From Gnetum montanum (taxonomy: Eukaryota > Plantae > Gnetophyta): DNA of 64,000 bases. The position numbers and the translations under genes were made by a program. Below are positions 11,600 to 25,590 of the stretch, piece by piece. Below the pieces are notes generated by a model that saw only the letters and a list, made by a program, of their open reading frames with translations, ran no database searches and was not told where the DNA came from. Where the stretch lies: NCBI GenBank assembly GCA_015680685.1, contig MNCI01000972.1:62001-126000 (forward strand), in the 5' to 3' direction. The number at the start of each line of letters is the position of its first letter. Position 1 is the stretch's first letter.

Positions 11600-14500
11600 A
11601 GGAAATAGAAAAATTGTTAAAGAGAAATTCCCAATCATCATCATTCTAACCTTATCCAAATAAAATAGGTTGGCTGATGAAGAGAAGTTCCAAAGAAATA
11701 GCAAGATGAATCTAGAATTTTATAGAACGTTTTGGATATGGTTTTTGGATTATCATTTTATATAAGATTCCACTTTACAAGTTCAAATTCCAAAAACATA
11801 AAATAAACAAGTGGAACTAAAAATAGGGCTAGGCAAGTACATACACACTTCTATCAATCAAATGGCAATAAAAAGTACAAATAATCTAAGCTAAACATTA
11901 TAACCTAGAAATACAAAACAAAGCAAAAGCTTCAATATTTTTGTGAAAACATCTTGCCTATTATAATATTGGATGTTTATTACATAGGATTCTATAAAGT
12001 TGTCTTGTGGACATCCTTTTTGGTTCTTGCGCAAAGATATTGTAGAACTTTCAACAAAAGGCTTAATATTTATTTTTGGAGATTTTAATGCAATGATAGG
12101 TTTACAACAAAAATCATTCAGTGGCAACATAATGTTGACAATGTTGAAATTGTTGAAGATCATTGCTCAACATGATATTATGTAGATATCGTTCTTAATA
12201 AGATGGGACAACAACTACTAGCATGGATAAAAAATTTTGATCTTCTGATTTTCATTGGCCTTACTAAATTTCCTTAATTGTCATCATTTACTTTCAAATT
12301 ATTTCTAAGACAAAAAAATAAGAATAGGAAAAAAATTTAGTACAAACACACATCGAAGGTCAAGGGAAAATATATAAATGCAGCACATAACAAATGGACT
12401 CATGAAAAATGGTATAAGGAGCTTGTATAAATTTTGGTTACATTAGCTAAATAAAATGAAAATCACAATAAGAAGATGCTTAGATGACTTGATTTGATGA
12501 GAATTACATGCAGGCTAGGCAAAATATTAAGAATATAAATATGAGTCATGACAAAGTTTAGTTAATGTATAAAAATGCTTGATTAAAACCAAGAATATTT
12601 TGTTTACACCATTAAAAAGGAACCTAGATAGTTTTGGCAATATTTTCATCATAAAGCCTCTTCATTATTTAATTTTTCTTTTTAAAATATTTACTCATTT
12701 TATAATAAGCTATTTACAAGAGAAGATGATAATTCTACTACTATTATACAACAAACACCTCTCTAATTTACTCTTGAGGAAGTCATGGAGAGTATTAGAA
12801 AGCTAGCATCTAGCAAAGCTGTAGATTATATGCAAAATTATTAAAGTAAGCAAGATATGCTATTCATAGAGAAATTTTGCACAAATTAAGGACTAAATCA
12901 ACATTGAAAAATTAATAAAGGTATCTTATTATGTAAAAAGGGGGATAAAAATAATTTAAACAATTATCAAATCATTGTTGTGAGTCATATTTTTGCTAAG
13001 TTGTTGGGCACTCTGCTAAAAAAGAGAATCAGTTCTTGAGCTCAAGGTAACCAAGTCAAGGTAAGGTGTTGAGCAATTTTTAGACAAAATCACTCCACTA
13101 TCGATTACTTAGTTACTCTTAGACATTGGATGGAGTTTGCTAAAATGCCTAATAAAAAAGTTGTTATTTGTTTTATTGATTTTGTAAAAGCATATGATTC
13201 AGTGGCCCAATCAAAACTATGGTTATGCTTGCATAAAATTAGCCTACCTTTGGATTTAATTGTAGCAACTCAAAAATTGTATGAGGAAGTGATTACTGTA
13301 ATTACATATAGTAATTTAAATAAAAAATTTTAATTTCAAAGCAAGAGAAAAATTGAAATTAAGCAAGATTGTTTATTTTCTCCAACTCTATTTGGTGTCG
13401 ATGAAATGCAAGAATGGTTATGCAATGTGCAAGATAGTCATGCTATCAAAATTAGATCCCAATTAGTGAATCTTCTTTTATATGCAGATGATGTTGCCTT
13501 GATCTTTACTACTACAGGCAAAATATGTTACAAATTTTAGAAAATTAGTCCTCATCTGATTTTCAAGTGAATGTAGGTAAAACCAAATTGACAATCTAGG
13601 ATATAAGAAACATGTTATAACTTTCATTTTAAAGGTACCAATGTGCAAATACTATTTTATTTTAAATATTTGAGTCTCATTTATATAAACAATTACATAT
13701 GAAGAAAGTGCATCAAAATAAAAATAGTAGGAGGCTTCAAGGCTTTGTATACTTTCAAAAACAAGTGCAAGGATTTAGGACTCTAGCCATGGAGGGTTAG
13801 AAAAAAAAAATTCAGACTATCATCTATCCTACTGTATTATATGGATGTATTATTTGGGGACCTAGACTTAGTGCTAAGCTTTAGAAAGATATTGAAAGAG
13901 TGCAAAATACTTTTCTTCTCTATGAGTTAAAGGTAAAAATGTAAACACCGTACTCAATGTTATTATGTAAATGTGATTTATCACCGTTAGAAATAGAGGC
14001 ATTATGCCAATTCATTTCATACACTCATAGCTTGTATATCTCAAGGCAAGACAAATTCTTTAAAGCAATTCTTTAGGATTCGCAAGATCATGGTTGGTAT
14101 TTTCAAGGGATGCAATGGTTGAGAAAATAGAATATTTCTTAAGAGGGCCTATAGTAAAATTCGAAGCATATTTGCCAACTAGTCAAGCTAAAGGTTTTAA
14201 CACAAATGTGGTTTAACATGGAAGGTAAAAAACAATTTTATTTATACTACATTAAATCTAATAACCTAGATGTAGAAGCTTGCTTTCCCTTAGTTGCTAT
14301 TTCAATCATGTATCAGAATGCTACCAATAAGCTTCGGTTAAGTTCTTATCATTTTAGAAGTGAGAGTATAAGATGGATTGAACTTCCCCAAGGAGAATGC
14401 ATTTGTAAGTTGTGCAAATCAAGAGCCCTCAAAGATAAATTACATGTATTTCTTTCTTGTGCTGTGACTATCTATTTAAGATAACATTATAATGTTACAA

Positions 14501-14650
14501 CAAAAACTTGTATACTTTGTTTTTGATGCCCCCATTGGTGTTTGGTTAATTTGTAGTTTATCTTTATTGTTTATGAAAATATAATATCTATCCAATAGAT
14601 CCTAAGGGTCTTCAGACATAATAAAGCTTTTTTTTTTCATTTTTATTATT
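11600..14650 (+). mobile_element. Degenerate LINE, RTE-X/L2-CR1-like, EN-RT plus C-terminal Cys motif
   Basis: IFIFGDFNA (endonuclease, ~12075), CFIDFVKAYDSV, KQDCLFSPTLFG, LLLYADDVAL (~13480), LRLSSYH..CICKLC..DKLHVFLSC; AATAAA followed by a T-rich tail at ~14620. Confidence 0.8.
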
Positions 14651-15433
14651 GCTTATTGCATAGGATTCAAAGGTGATAAACCACATCATATTAGTGTGAA
14701 ATTTAGTGATTCAACTACTCAAGAAAGAGTTTGGTACAATCTTAACAACTTGAATGGGGAAAAAATTAGATAAATGAGGATCTCACAAAAGAAAAGCTTG
14801 CAAAGAAAATAGATGAATGAGAAAAAGTAACACCAACAGATGGTAAGGTAGCTTTTCTAAATGCAAAGTATATTACATTTATAAAAGATAAAACATTTTC
14901 AAAAAAAACAAATCTAAATGCTTTGAACTATTGATTTTTGAATATACATGGTGGCATTACCCCAAAAATTACTACACTATATAATATTGGGTTTTTAAAG
15001 AAGTTTGATTATTTTGGAGTAGTTGAAGCATAAGAAGAAGCAGATTTGAAAAATTTTGATTTGTTTGGTTTTAGTAGAATTAAGGTAGTAAGTGTTAGAT
15101 TTCACAAATGGGAAAGACCATCAAGAGCATTATCTTGTATTTTTTTAAAAAAAAAAAAGCTTCAAAAGATAATTAAGATAGAAAAAGATTAATGTATATA
15201 ACCAAATATATTGGGGTGTGTTGGAACCTTGAAATAATTATATGTTCGAATTAAAACTTTATTAACTTAGCATTGCCCACCAAAATTAAACTGATGACTT
15301 GGAACTTTCAAATCAAGAGTCTTACCACTAGGCTAATACCTAAATAGTTAGAAGAAATGTTTTGTACTCCTTGCATTTTGTAAATTTCAGTGATGCTGAT
15401 GTTGATGCTAGTATCAGTTTTAGCATCACCTTT

Positions 15434-17596
15434 TGTAGGACCCACTTAACTCAATATCCCAAAGTCAAACTTGCTAAAAACCAAATCCAAATGAACTTTA
15501 TTTAACTTTAAGGTTAAATTTTGCAACCCTAACCGTATAAATATGGGATCAAAATCCATATTTTACAGCTAATTTCTTAAGATCTAGAGCACTTTTGTAG
15601 ATTTCAAGAGATTAATAGCATGAATAGTAGGCATCTAAGCATCTCTTACATACTTCATTACCACCGTGAGTTCAATTTGGTGCCTAAGTCTCTAATAGCC
15701 CAAGCATTGACACTAATGTATTGTTAACATCAATAAGGTAATTACTTCATCAGTTTCCAAACTTTGAATTTTTTCAGCATGAGTGTCAATATCTAGAGTA
15801 AGAGTTTTTTTTGGCTCTGACATCAGTCTTAGGACACTTAGCCAAAACAACCCTATTTTGACACTGAATCGATTCTGGTTAGCATCCATAACTTTCCCAT
15901 TCATATATTCATCCTTCAAAGGTTCAATTTCACTCTCAAAACCCACATTTCTCACACAAATTGGGTTTTTATTATTAGTTTTATCTCACTTGTGTTTTTT
16001 GCAAGCACATGTAGCTTGTGCCCTTCATAGGAGGCAAACATTGCTCATTCATTAATTAATCTTTTTTTATTATTTTGGAAGAGGATGAAATGGTCCATTT
16101 TTTGGAACCATTCCTACCTAACCCAAGCCATCCCATTGAGCTGGATCAATTCAAACAAGCTATATTAGAGAGTACCTAGTCATCAAAGATGAAGTCTAGA
16201 AAATGGTGAGTGTTGAAATTAAATAGATATAGACTATTGGGGATAATCTCATGGGCATTCCAATATCAATTTTAGTAGAAATAATAACTAATTTTAAGAC
16301 TAACATAGCAACAAAAGTGATGGCATCAACATCCATAGCAGTGATGAAGAGGAATATTCCCATATTTCCCCATTTGCAGGCCCCTTCCATCAACCACATT
16401 CATTACCTCAAAGTTCTATTTTGTAACATGTAAATCTCATTAATTTCAATAAATTTTTTTCTATGCACATACCTCAATCTATTACTCCCATAGCTCTACT
16501 TTAGCCACTCTCATAGTCACTGCCCCACTTGTGACTAACTTACCTTTAGCCTACAATCTCTTCCCAAGCACAACTATAGTCAATCCTATAAACTCAACTG
16601 TGATACAAGATGTTAACCCACCACATAATCCTTTTCAAGCCTTATTCCACATGGTCCCAATTTAGTAGTTGTAGGTTTCTCTACCCTTTATCTTACACTC
16701 ATGTGCACACCACATTCCTTATCACAATGTCACACTATCAATAACTATGCCTACCATGGCAATTGTTCAACTAGACTTACCAACTCAAAATATTCCTAGG
16801 ACTTCTCTTGAATTGATGTTGTTACTTTAATATCTATCCTCTAGGCTACAAGTGAATGAGAATTAAACCCAACAGGTAGCTGTATTGCATGGGAGCGATC
16901 CTACCATCTCCATTGCCAACCTCCTTGTCAACCGTATTAGTCCTTTAATCCTACTTACTCAAGTTTCCAAGGAAGTATCACTACCAAATTTTACTAAGTA
17001 CAATGGGAAGTCTAATCCCACAAATCATGTAATTACTTTTTTTTAATGAGTGCATATTGCAACCCAGTTATCCCTACATCATCCTAAGAAGTTTTTCCAA
17101 CTTCCTAACTTGCAAGATACTAGAATAGTACAGATCCCTTCCCCATGGATCTATTACTTGCTTACAACATCTCCTCACCACCTTTGTGAAGAGGTTTAAG
17201 TACAACATCATCAAGGGTAATACTTTGCAAAAGATTCTCACAATCAAATAAGTCTACAACAAGTTCATCTCCAAGTTAATGGATGTCATGCTTCCACTTC
17301 CTCATGAATAGTTTTTGGATATCTTCCAAGAAGTTGTAAATGACTACATCAAAGGTAAGATAGTCTATTTTAGGCCACTTAGACTTCAGGATGCCATTAA
17401 TTTTTTCAAGCACATTAAAGAGATGATGATCTAATGCAATGATCTAGAGTGGATTAGTTTTGAAAATAAGGCTAACAAAGCATCCAACAAGGAGAAATCT
17501 TACCAAAACACAAGGTAAACAATGGCATCCAAGAACCAAACTTTAGTTGCCCCATCATCAAAAAATTATGGCAATGGGGAGAACAAGAATTCTAAT
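15434..17596 (+). mobile_element. Tat-like Ty3/gypsy remnant, 5' part (LTR-like region plus gag), interrupted by the copia
   Basis: Gag remnant LPNFTKYNGKSNPTNHV (~16980) parallels the gag at ~31940-31990 (-); left boundary uncertain. Confidence 0.65.
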
Positions 17597-17851
17597 TGAA
17601 CAAAGAGATGAAATGAAATAGTTCTCTTTATTGAAGTTTATGAAAGATTGCATACAAGGATTTATAGACCAACCTTATTTCATATTTTAGGTAACAGACT
17701 AAAAAAGAAAACCAATCTCCTAGAAATCAAAAATGATAAAAATAGAAGTTATAAATTAGGGAAAATAAACTTTAGAAAATTGCAATTAATCCCACAAAAT
17801 TAGGAATTTACTCAATCCACAAAATCAAGAATTTACTAAGTCTTTTCAACA
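17597..17851 (-). repeat. Copia 3' LTR (PPT at 17852-17862)
   Basis: TG..CA termini; - strand TTGAGGGGGAG|TGTTGAAAAG; matches 43176-43432. Confidence 0.93.
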
Positions 17852-18078
17852 CTCCCCCTCAAGCTGAAGAATAGATATCTATCATTCCCAGCTTGCAAAC
17901 TAAAGACTCAAAACTTGGTTTTAATAATGCTTTGGTGAGTATACCAACCTCTTGATCCTTGGTAGGAATGTAAGCTAGGCTGATTGCTCCTGAGTCAATC
18001 TCATGCTTGATAAAGCTTCTATCTATTCTAGCATGCCTCATTCGATCATGCTGAACTGGGTTGTGAATAATGCTTATT

Positions 18079-18615
18079 NNNNNNNNNNNNNNNNNNNNNN
18101 NNNNNNNNNNNNNNNNNNNNNNNNNNNNNNNNNNNNNNNNNNNNNNNNNNNNNNNNNNNNNNNNNNNNNNNNNNNNNNNNNNNNNNNNACCTGAGTTGTT
18201 CTCGTTTCAAAGTGTTAGGCCGAAATTAGTGGTGTTTTATTGGCCCCTCTTTGTTGACGTCTAGAGGAATCCAACTGAGAGGCATCGACAAAGAAGTACA
18301 AAACACCATGAACAACCAAGTACTAAGCATTATCTGTCGGCCACTAGCTGGATGTTATCGCACCATGTTCAGAAGTACATAGGATTGGGGGATATGCAGT
18401 TCAAGATGCAAGGGGATTGGTTGTAACTAGGGAAATCAAGAGTTGATCAAAGGTTATAATTGCTGTTGGAATTGTGGGAGAGGAATGCTCTCACNNNNNN
18501 NNNNNNNNNNNNNNNNNNNNNNNNNNNNNNNNNNNNNNNNNNNNNNNNNNNNNNNNNNNNNNNNNNNNNNNNNNNNNNNNNNNNNNNNNNNNNNNNNNNN
18601 NNNNNNNNNNNNNNN
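18079..18615. other. Assembly gaps (N runs 18079-18188 and 18495-18615)
   Basis: Runs of n in the sequence. Confidence 1.
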
Positions 18616-19202
18616 TTTTTTTTCTTTTTGTTTGTTTTTCTTTTCTTTTCTTTTTTATTTATTTTTATTTTTTGTTTTTTTTTGTTCTTTTTGGAAGAGC
18701 TTGCTTTCATTTCTATGCTCGTGCTCATGCGTTTGCATTTGTATCATGTACCGTGTACTGTGTTTTTCATTGCAACTACTTAGAGAATCACAGTGTGCAA
18801 TAGTGTATCGAGAGTTTTGGGATGTGTATCAAGGGGATGTAATTGAATAGGATAAGGGGAACATGATGGGGAATATAGAATGTATCAGGAGTGGGGAATG
18901 TACTTATGAATGGATTGAATAACCCAGTTGCATCTATGTACAAACTCCTCAGGCGTGTCATCCTGCAAACACAACTCCAAGAAGACAAGAAAACCACAAA
19001 TGATTCGGTTAACTAAGCACTTTAAACTTGAAAACAATCAAGGTGATGGAACTACCATGTGCAATTTCAAAGCAGATAGGGTCACGAACAACATCAGCCT
19101 CATTAGGATTCATGAGACAAATTATGTAGCAAGTTTTTGTGGAACAGTTACAGCCAATTACAGCAACATATTTTTTCAAGTATTGCTTGGTCATTGATGA
19201 TG

Positions 19203-19575
19203 TCACCAGTTTATAGTCTTAGCAGACTGTTGCAGGTTAGTTTCACGTCATAACCTTTTAGATGGTGCCAGTTTAGCATCGTAGCAGATGGTGTAATGCT
19301 AGTTTATAGTCGTAGCGAACTATGAAGAGGGAAACCAGTTTATAGTCTTAGTGGACTCTACATGCTAGTTTTACGTCATGGCCGACAAATATGGTAGTTT
19401 AGTATCATACTAGACAAAGCTCTGTGGTGTTGATTTATTGTCATGACTCCAGGACACTCTGTGGTGCCAGTTTCAAGTCATAGCCCCAGGATCATTCTAT
19501 GGTATCAGTTTTATGTCGTGATGCCAGGACCACTCTATGGTATCAGTTTTAGGTCGTGATGCCAGGACTACTATG
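19203..19575. repeat. Degenerate array of ~11 units (29-38 bp), core YCAGTTTnnnGTCRTRRC, just downstream of the integrase stop
   Basis: Cores at about 19206, 19237, 19268, 19299, 19335, 19365, 19394, 19430, 19467, 19505, 19543. Confidence 0.85.
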
Positions 19576-19588
19576 TACCTCAATTTCA

Positions 19589-22500
19589 TCATACATAGTA
19601 CTGTTTCAGGTATAGGTGATTTGTAGGATTAGCAAACTCATTCCCGCCATGTTAGCAAGTTTGAATTCTTTGTTACTGAATCCCTTGGTTACTAAGTAAG
19701 GCCCTTCCCAATTAGCTGAGAATTTATTTGGATGTTCATGGGCATCCTTAAGGACTAGGTCCCCTTCTTTAATCAAGTGCTTATGCAGATTGTGTTTGTG
19801 CCGTTGCCACTATTGTTTCTAGTACCACTCAATCTGATTAAGTGTTTGTACACGTTCCTCCTCCACCAAGTCAAGGTCAGCAATGTGTAGTTCATGGCTT
19901 TGGCTTTCATCAAGGAGGCCTAAGAGAGCTATCCACATCGAGGGAACCTGTAAAACAGCTTCAGATCTATATACAAGATTATAAAGAGTTTTACTTGTAG
20001 ATGTTTGATGTGTCATTCTATATGCCCACAATGCGTAGACTAATTGTTCGTGCCATCACCTCTTGCTCCGATTTAGCATCTTTTTGAGCACCATGATGAT
20101 AGTTTTTCTTGTAGCCTCCGCTTGACCATTGCTCTATGGGTAGTAAGGTGACGAGAATGTATGTTTAATACCCAGGCTTTGATAGAAGTTTTTAGTATCT
20201 GCACTGCTAAACTGTGGCCCATTGTTAGTAACGATGGTCATCGGAATACCAAAATGAGTCACGATGTTTTCTATTATGAAAGTGCAAACGTGTTTAGAAG
20301 TGATCTTCCTAAGGGGAATAGCTTCTACCCATTTTGTGAAATATTCAGTTGTAATGATAATAAAGCTATGTCCTGCGGAGGATGTTGGCGTTATTGGTCC
20401 AATTAAATATAATCCCCATCTTTGAAATGACCATGTGATTTGTGTTGTGTGTAATTCGTTAGGTGGCACATGTATTAGTTACCATGCCTTTGGCAAATGT
20501 CACATGTCCTAACCTTGGAGAAGCAATCGTACTCCATGTGTGGCCAGTAGTAGCCCAAGCGCCTAATCTTTGTTGTCATTGCTTTGGGTGCTATGTGCCC
20601 TCCACAAAGTCCTTCGTGGACTTGTTCTACAATCGTTTGAGCATCGATGCTACTAACACACATCAGTAGAATGCCTTCATAGGATTTGTGAGACAAGGTG
20701 TCTCCTATTAACGTGTACTACCGAGAGCGTTTTCGTATCGTGTCATTTTGAATGTTTGTCAAATGTTGTGGAGGTTTACCTCATAGAAGGTACTCTTTTA
20801 TGTCATCATACCATTCTATTGTGTGTGTTGTGCTAATGGATGCTATAGGGATTTCATCGAGAGCATCGGTTATAGGTTTGGTACAATTTATTATAGAGCT
20901 AGCCAACGCATGGAACATTTTGCGTGTCATGTTTAGGGCTAGTGTAGCAAGTGCATCGACAATGGTGTTTTTGCTTCTAGGGACATGCTGTATATCCACG
21001 TCTACTAATTGCTTCAGTAGATGTTTGGTCAAATCACAATATGGTTGCAAATGGATGGCCTTGCATGCGTAAACCTCTATGACTTGATTAATGATTAACT
21101 GTGAATCGCCTCGAATTACAAGACGTGTGATGCTTGAAGTCAATGCTGCCTAAAGGCCTCTAAGAAGACCTTAATATTCTACCACATTATTGGTACAGGG
21201 AAAGTTTAATCGGTAGGTGAAGGGTTGGATTTCTTTGGAGGGGTATGTTAAAATGGCCGCAACACTTCCTTCTCAGGAAGTTGAAGCTCCATCGAAATAA
21301 AGGATCACCTCGTAGTTATCAAGTACAGTGTCTATACTATTAACATTCTCATCGACAAATTCAGGGTTAATCGTTGCTTGATCATGTGTTGGCAAGACGG
21401 TCAATTGTGTGACTATTGCTTGAACTTTTGTGGAAGATTGAGCAACATAGTGTAGGTCAAACTCGATGATCATTGCTTTCCACCTAGCTATCCTACTCGA
21501 CTCATAGATGTTGTTAGTAATGGTGCAGAGTACATTATTCTTGCAAATGATGTAGACTTGATTAAGGAAGAGATAATGCCACCATTTCTTCAAGGAGAAT
21601 ATGAGGGCAAGGCATGATTTCTCTATGTCATTGTATCATTGTTCATAGGCAATTAAAGTGTGGTTGAAATAATATATAGGGATCTTGACTTCATCTTTAC
21701 ATTTTTGACAAAGCATCGATGCAATGGAAGAATCGGAAGTCACAAGGTAGATGTAGAAGGGTTGATCACCTTGTGGGGGATAAATGGTTGGCAGTTGAGC
21801 TAGCCCTTGTTTTATGTTCTTGAATGCTTCTTGGCATTGTTGAGTCCACTGAAAATGCACATTCTTTTGTAATAGGTGTTGCATGAACCTCAACTTATCC
21901 GTCAACCTTTTGATAAAGCATCTAATGAATTGTAGTCTACCTTGTAGTCCATGTAGTTCGGTAAAGTTTTTTGGTGGTTGCATGTTAATTATTTCCTTAA
22001 CCTTATCAGGGTCTACCTATATCCCTATTCTAGAGACTACAAAGCCAAGCATTTTGCCCATTTTAACACCAAAGACACACTTCTTTGGGTTGAGCCTAAC
22101 GTCATATTTGAGACAACGTTTAAGCACTAGGTCTAGATTTAACCGCGATGTCGTCAACGTAATCATTGAGAAAATTAAGCATGTAATCACTAAATATATA
22201 TGTCATTACTCGTTGATATGTAGCGCCTACATTTTTAAGGCCAAATGGCATCATCGTATAGCAAAATGTGCCCCAAGGTGTCATAAAGGTTGTTCTGAGT
22301 TGATGTTCTGGATTGATTCTTATCTGATTGTACCCTAAAAATCCATCCATAAAGGATAATACTGCATGTCCAGTAGTTGTGTCAATAATTTAATCAATGC
22401 TAGGTATCAGGAAGTCATCCTTTATAGTGGCTGTGTTGAGATCACGGAAGTCAATGCATATGCGTATACTATCGTTCTTCTTAGGGACTACGACAATGTT

Positions 22501-23022
22501 TGATACCCAATCGAAATAATCAATAGCTCGGATGAAGCTGGCTTGGTAGAGCTTTGTGATTTTAGCATGAACTGCCAATGCCATCTTAGGTCTAACCTTT
22601 CATGCCTTTCGCTTCACCAGTTTGATTTTTCCATCAAGAATGATGTTGTGTTGGACGATTCGGGGGTCTAATCTTGGCATGTCGGTATATGACCATGCAA
22701 ATGTTTTTATGTTGTCTTTCAGCACTTGAGTGATTTCACTGATGAGTTGTGAGTCCAGTAGGGTACTTAATTTCAATGTTCTATTTTCACCATTGAATGT
22801 AGTAATCAGGACTTCAACAAGAGGGTCTTCAGTGATATTATTAGCCTCTAGATCTAAAGTCCTAGTCATATTTTTAGGCCAGTTTGATGTTTCCTAAGTG
22901 GATGCTATTAAATTAGTATAAGTGCATGGGTCTAGATCCAAGGATTCTAGATTGATTGTTCTTTTTACCTCCCCATATGATCCACTGAAAGACAATGTTG
23001 AAAGGATATTCTTGGTGGCCAT
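19589..23022 (-). pseudogene. Tat RT, RNase H, archaeal-type RNase H and integrase (degenerate)
   Basis: FAWSYTDMP, MDGFLGYNQI..MPFGLKN..YVDD, LYFDGAS..TNNVVEY..GDSQLIINQV (aRH), HEGLCGGH..GYYWP..CDICQ, EYFTKWVEA, NKFSANWEGPY, stop ~19589. Confidence 0.92.
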
Positions 23023-24009
23023 GTGCTTGCTCCTGCCAATTTAAACCAGGAGCTAAGTAAGTGATGTTTGCTTGATGAAGGAGTTGTTAAATGTAAATGG
23101 GCATCAGGTAATTAATTTACATACTAACAAAATTATGGAATGTACTGATAGGTATGGCATTTTTAGGCTGTACTNATACTAACAAAATTATGGAATGTAC
23201 TGATAGGTATGGCATTTTTAGGCTGTACTGGGCCAATAATATTCATGTCATTTTGTCATTTTGATTGAGTGTATGCAGCATTGTTAATCTTGTGCGAACC
23301 ATAACTTTAAGGGATTTAAAGTCCTATGGATTTTTATGTGCATCATTATGTATTTTTAAATGTATTTTCGTGTTGATTTTAACCTTTCTCCCCTTTCTCC
23401 CTTTTTTTTATTATTTTCTTTTTAATGTTTTGGCCTTATGCCCAAAGAACGAAATAATGAGGAATGCTAGATAATAAAGATGATGTAAATAATAATATGA
23501 AAATAAAAGCTAACCATGAACATGGTAAATTAAATAAAAATAATTAAATTAAATTAAATTAAATTAAATTGGGAATGAAAATGGGGGCTATAAAGGGATT
23601 TTGAGGTGAAAGGGGCATCATTTGTGCTAGTGGAGTTCTTGGACGCTTGGACTGTAGCATGAGCTAGGAAGTGTAGTGTAAGCACCAGTGTCAACATCAA
23701 CGTGAGTTACAGGGCAATCATGAAGAGAAGAGGGAAAGCAAGCCGAGGCAAAGGGAAGAGGCAAGTGAATTTGACATTCGTGGAGGAGAGTGAAGAGCTA
23801 TTCTAGCATCCCCCTCAAGCCAAGATTCCAGCATGGGATGGAGCTTTGCACAGTTAGATTTGTTTCCTCTTGTTTTTCTCCAGTATTCTATTCACAGCAT
23901 TAGCTAGGGTAGCATGACTTCTATGGCCACAATTTTTGGTTTTTTTTGGGGATTCAGGGCTTGTTTTCGGGATTTGTGGTTTGCCATTTTTGGTTGTTGT
24001 CTTTTGGGG

Positions 24010-24995
24010 CGTTAGCGTGAGTAATCCAAGGCATGTCATTGCAAGGCGTGTTGCTGCAAGGCAGCATGACTACCAAGGCTTCCTAGGCAACATGAACTAT
24101 AGGATTCCTTGGGCAGCATGAGTTTTCAGGGCTTCCTGGGTAGCGTGAGCTTTCAGGGCTTCTTGGACAATGTGAGCTTTCAGGGCTTCTTGGGTAGCGT
24201 GAGCTTTCAGGTAGGCCCAGCGTGCGTTCCAAGGATGCCCAGCGTGAGTGACAGGCCAAGGCAAGCCAACGTGAGTGGTTTAGGGCGTGAGTGCCTAGGG
24301 AATGTGCAGGGAATGAGTGCCCAGGGAAGTGCAGGGCGTGAGTGCCTAGGGAATGCGCAGGGCATGAGTGCCCAGGGAAATGCAGTGCATGAGTGCCTAG
24401 GGAATGCACAGGGTGTGTGTAGGTACATGTGTTGCAGGGGTACCCAGGGCAAGCTATAGTGTGCATGCCAGGGCGATGCAGCGTGACCTTTCCAGGGCAT
24501 CGTGACTGCCAGGGGGAGGCTTAGCATGAGTGCATTGCAGGAAAGGCCAACGTGAGTGCAGGCCAGGGAAGGCTAGCATGAATGTAGGCCAGGAAAGTCC
24601 AGTGTGAGCTTTCCCAAGGCGTGTCGTTGCAAGGCGCATTGCTTCAGGGCAACGTGACTACTAGGGCTTCCTGGGTAGCATGAGCTACATGATTCCTTGG
24701 CAACATGAGTGGAGGTTCTTGGGCAGCGTGAGCTACAGGAACAAGCCTTAGTATGCGCTCTTGGGGAAACCCTAGCGTGAGTATCAAGGAAGGAAATCTA
24801 GTGTGAGTGGTAGGGGAAAACCACAGCGTAAGTCTCTGGGGAAGCCCCAGCATGAGTTCCTGCATAGGCCCTAGTGTGAGTGCCAGAAATAAGCAGTGTG
24901 AGTTTCCACAAGAAGCTGTAGCATGAGTGGGTTAGAGCAAGGCATGAGCATGCAACGTGTGTTGTGGTAGGGGTTAGCCCCAGCATGAGTGTCCA
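24010..24995 (+). repeat. Minisatellite-like region with >30 copies of GCGTGAG/GCATGAG/GTGTGAG at ~25 bp spacing
   Basis: 27 bp units agcgtgagctttcagggcttcYtgggt and 51 bp units cgtgagtgcctagggaatgYgcagggMatgagtgcccagggaa.tgcag. Confidence 0.9.
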
Positions 24996-25590
24996 GGCCC
25001 CTCTTTGTTATGACATGAAGATGTAAATTGTTTACTAAGATGTTTATTATTTGCTGGTATTATATCTACATAGTTTATTATTTTCCTAGGATAGATAATT
25101 TAAATATGTTTCTATGTTTTTCTAAGTTTATGTTGAATCTGTGAATGTTCATGTTTTCACACTTATATGTTTATTTTACGTTGCCTACAATAAACTACTG
25201 TGTAAGAGATTTCAATGTACCCCAACAAGTGTTAAATACACCGAATAAATATTGGTGTCTTTGTCTCATGGGGTGAAGCTATGTATTTGAATGTTGTTTA
25301 TGTGTGTTTTTTGGTTTATGTGATTTAATACTATTGTTAGCACTTAGACTCTTTACTTACCTAATGTTTTGGCTGTATGCAGGGGACCTAAACCTTACCT
25401 CCGTGTGGTTGAGCTTGTTAGTGTACTTGCTTGGTTTGGCCCCTTTAGACTGGACATACCTCCTTATGACATACGTATTGGGCCTCATGTGATATAGTTC
25501 TGTCCCGGTGTTGGTTCATTTTTGTCATTCGTTTTGCAAAATTTCAGCNAGTGTTGGTTCATTTTTGTCATTCGTTTTGCAAAATTTCAG

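Noticed and set aside
18003-18850. ORFs containing X runs
   Set aside because: Artefacts of N gaps and poly-T sequence.
19203-19575. CRISPR-like appearance (conserved core with variable linkers)
   Set aside because: Cores are short and degenerate, linkers are only 8-20 nt and partly repeated, there are no cas genes, and the context is a eukaryotic retrotransposon UTR.
23121-23229. Perfect ~54 bp tandem duplication; similar ones around 25549 and 28097
   Set aside because: Each is centred on a single n, typical of unmerged contig overlaps.
24083-24527. Repetitive ORFs on both strands (e.g. SFQGFLG and HSLGTHAL repeats)
   Set aside because: By-products of the minisatellite; open in several frames with no recognisable domain.
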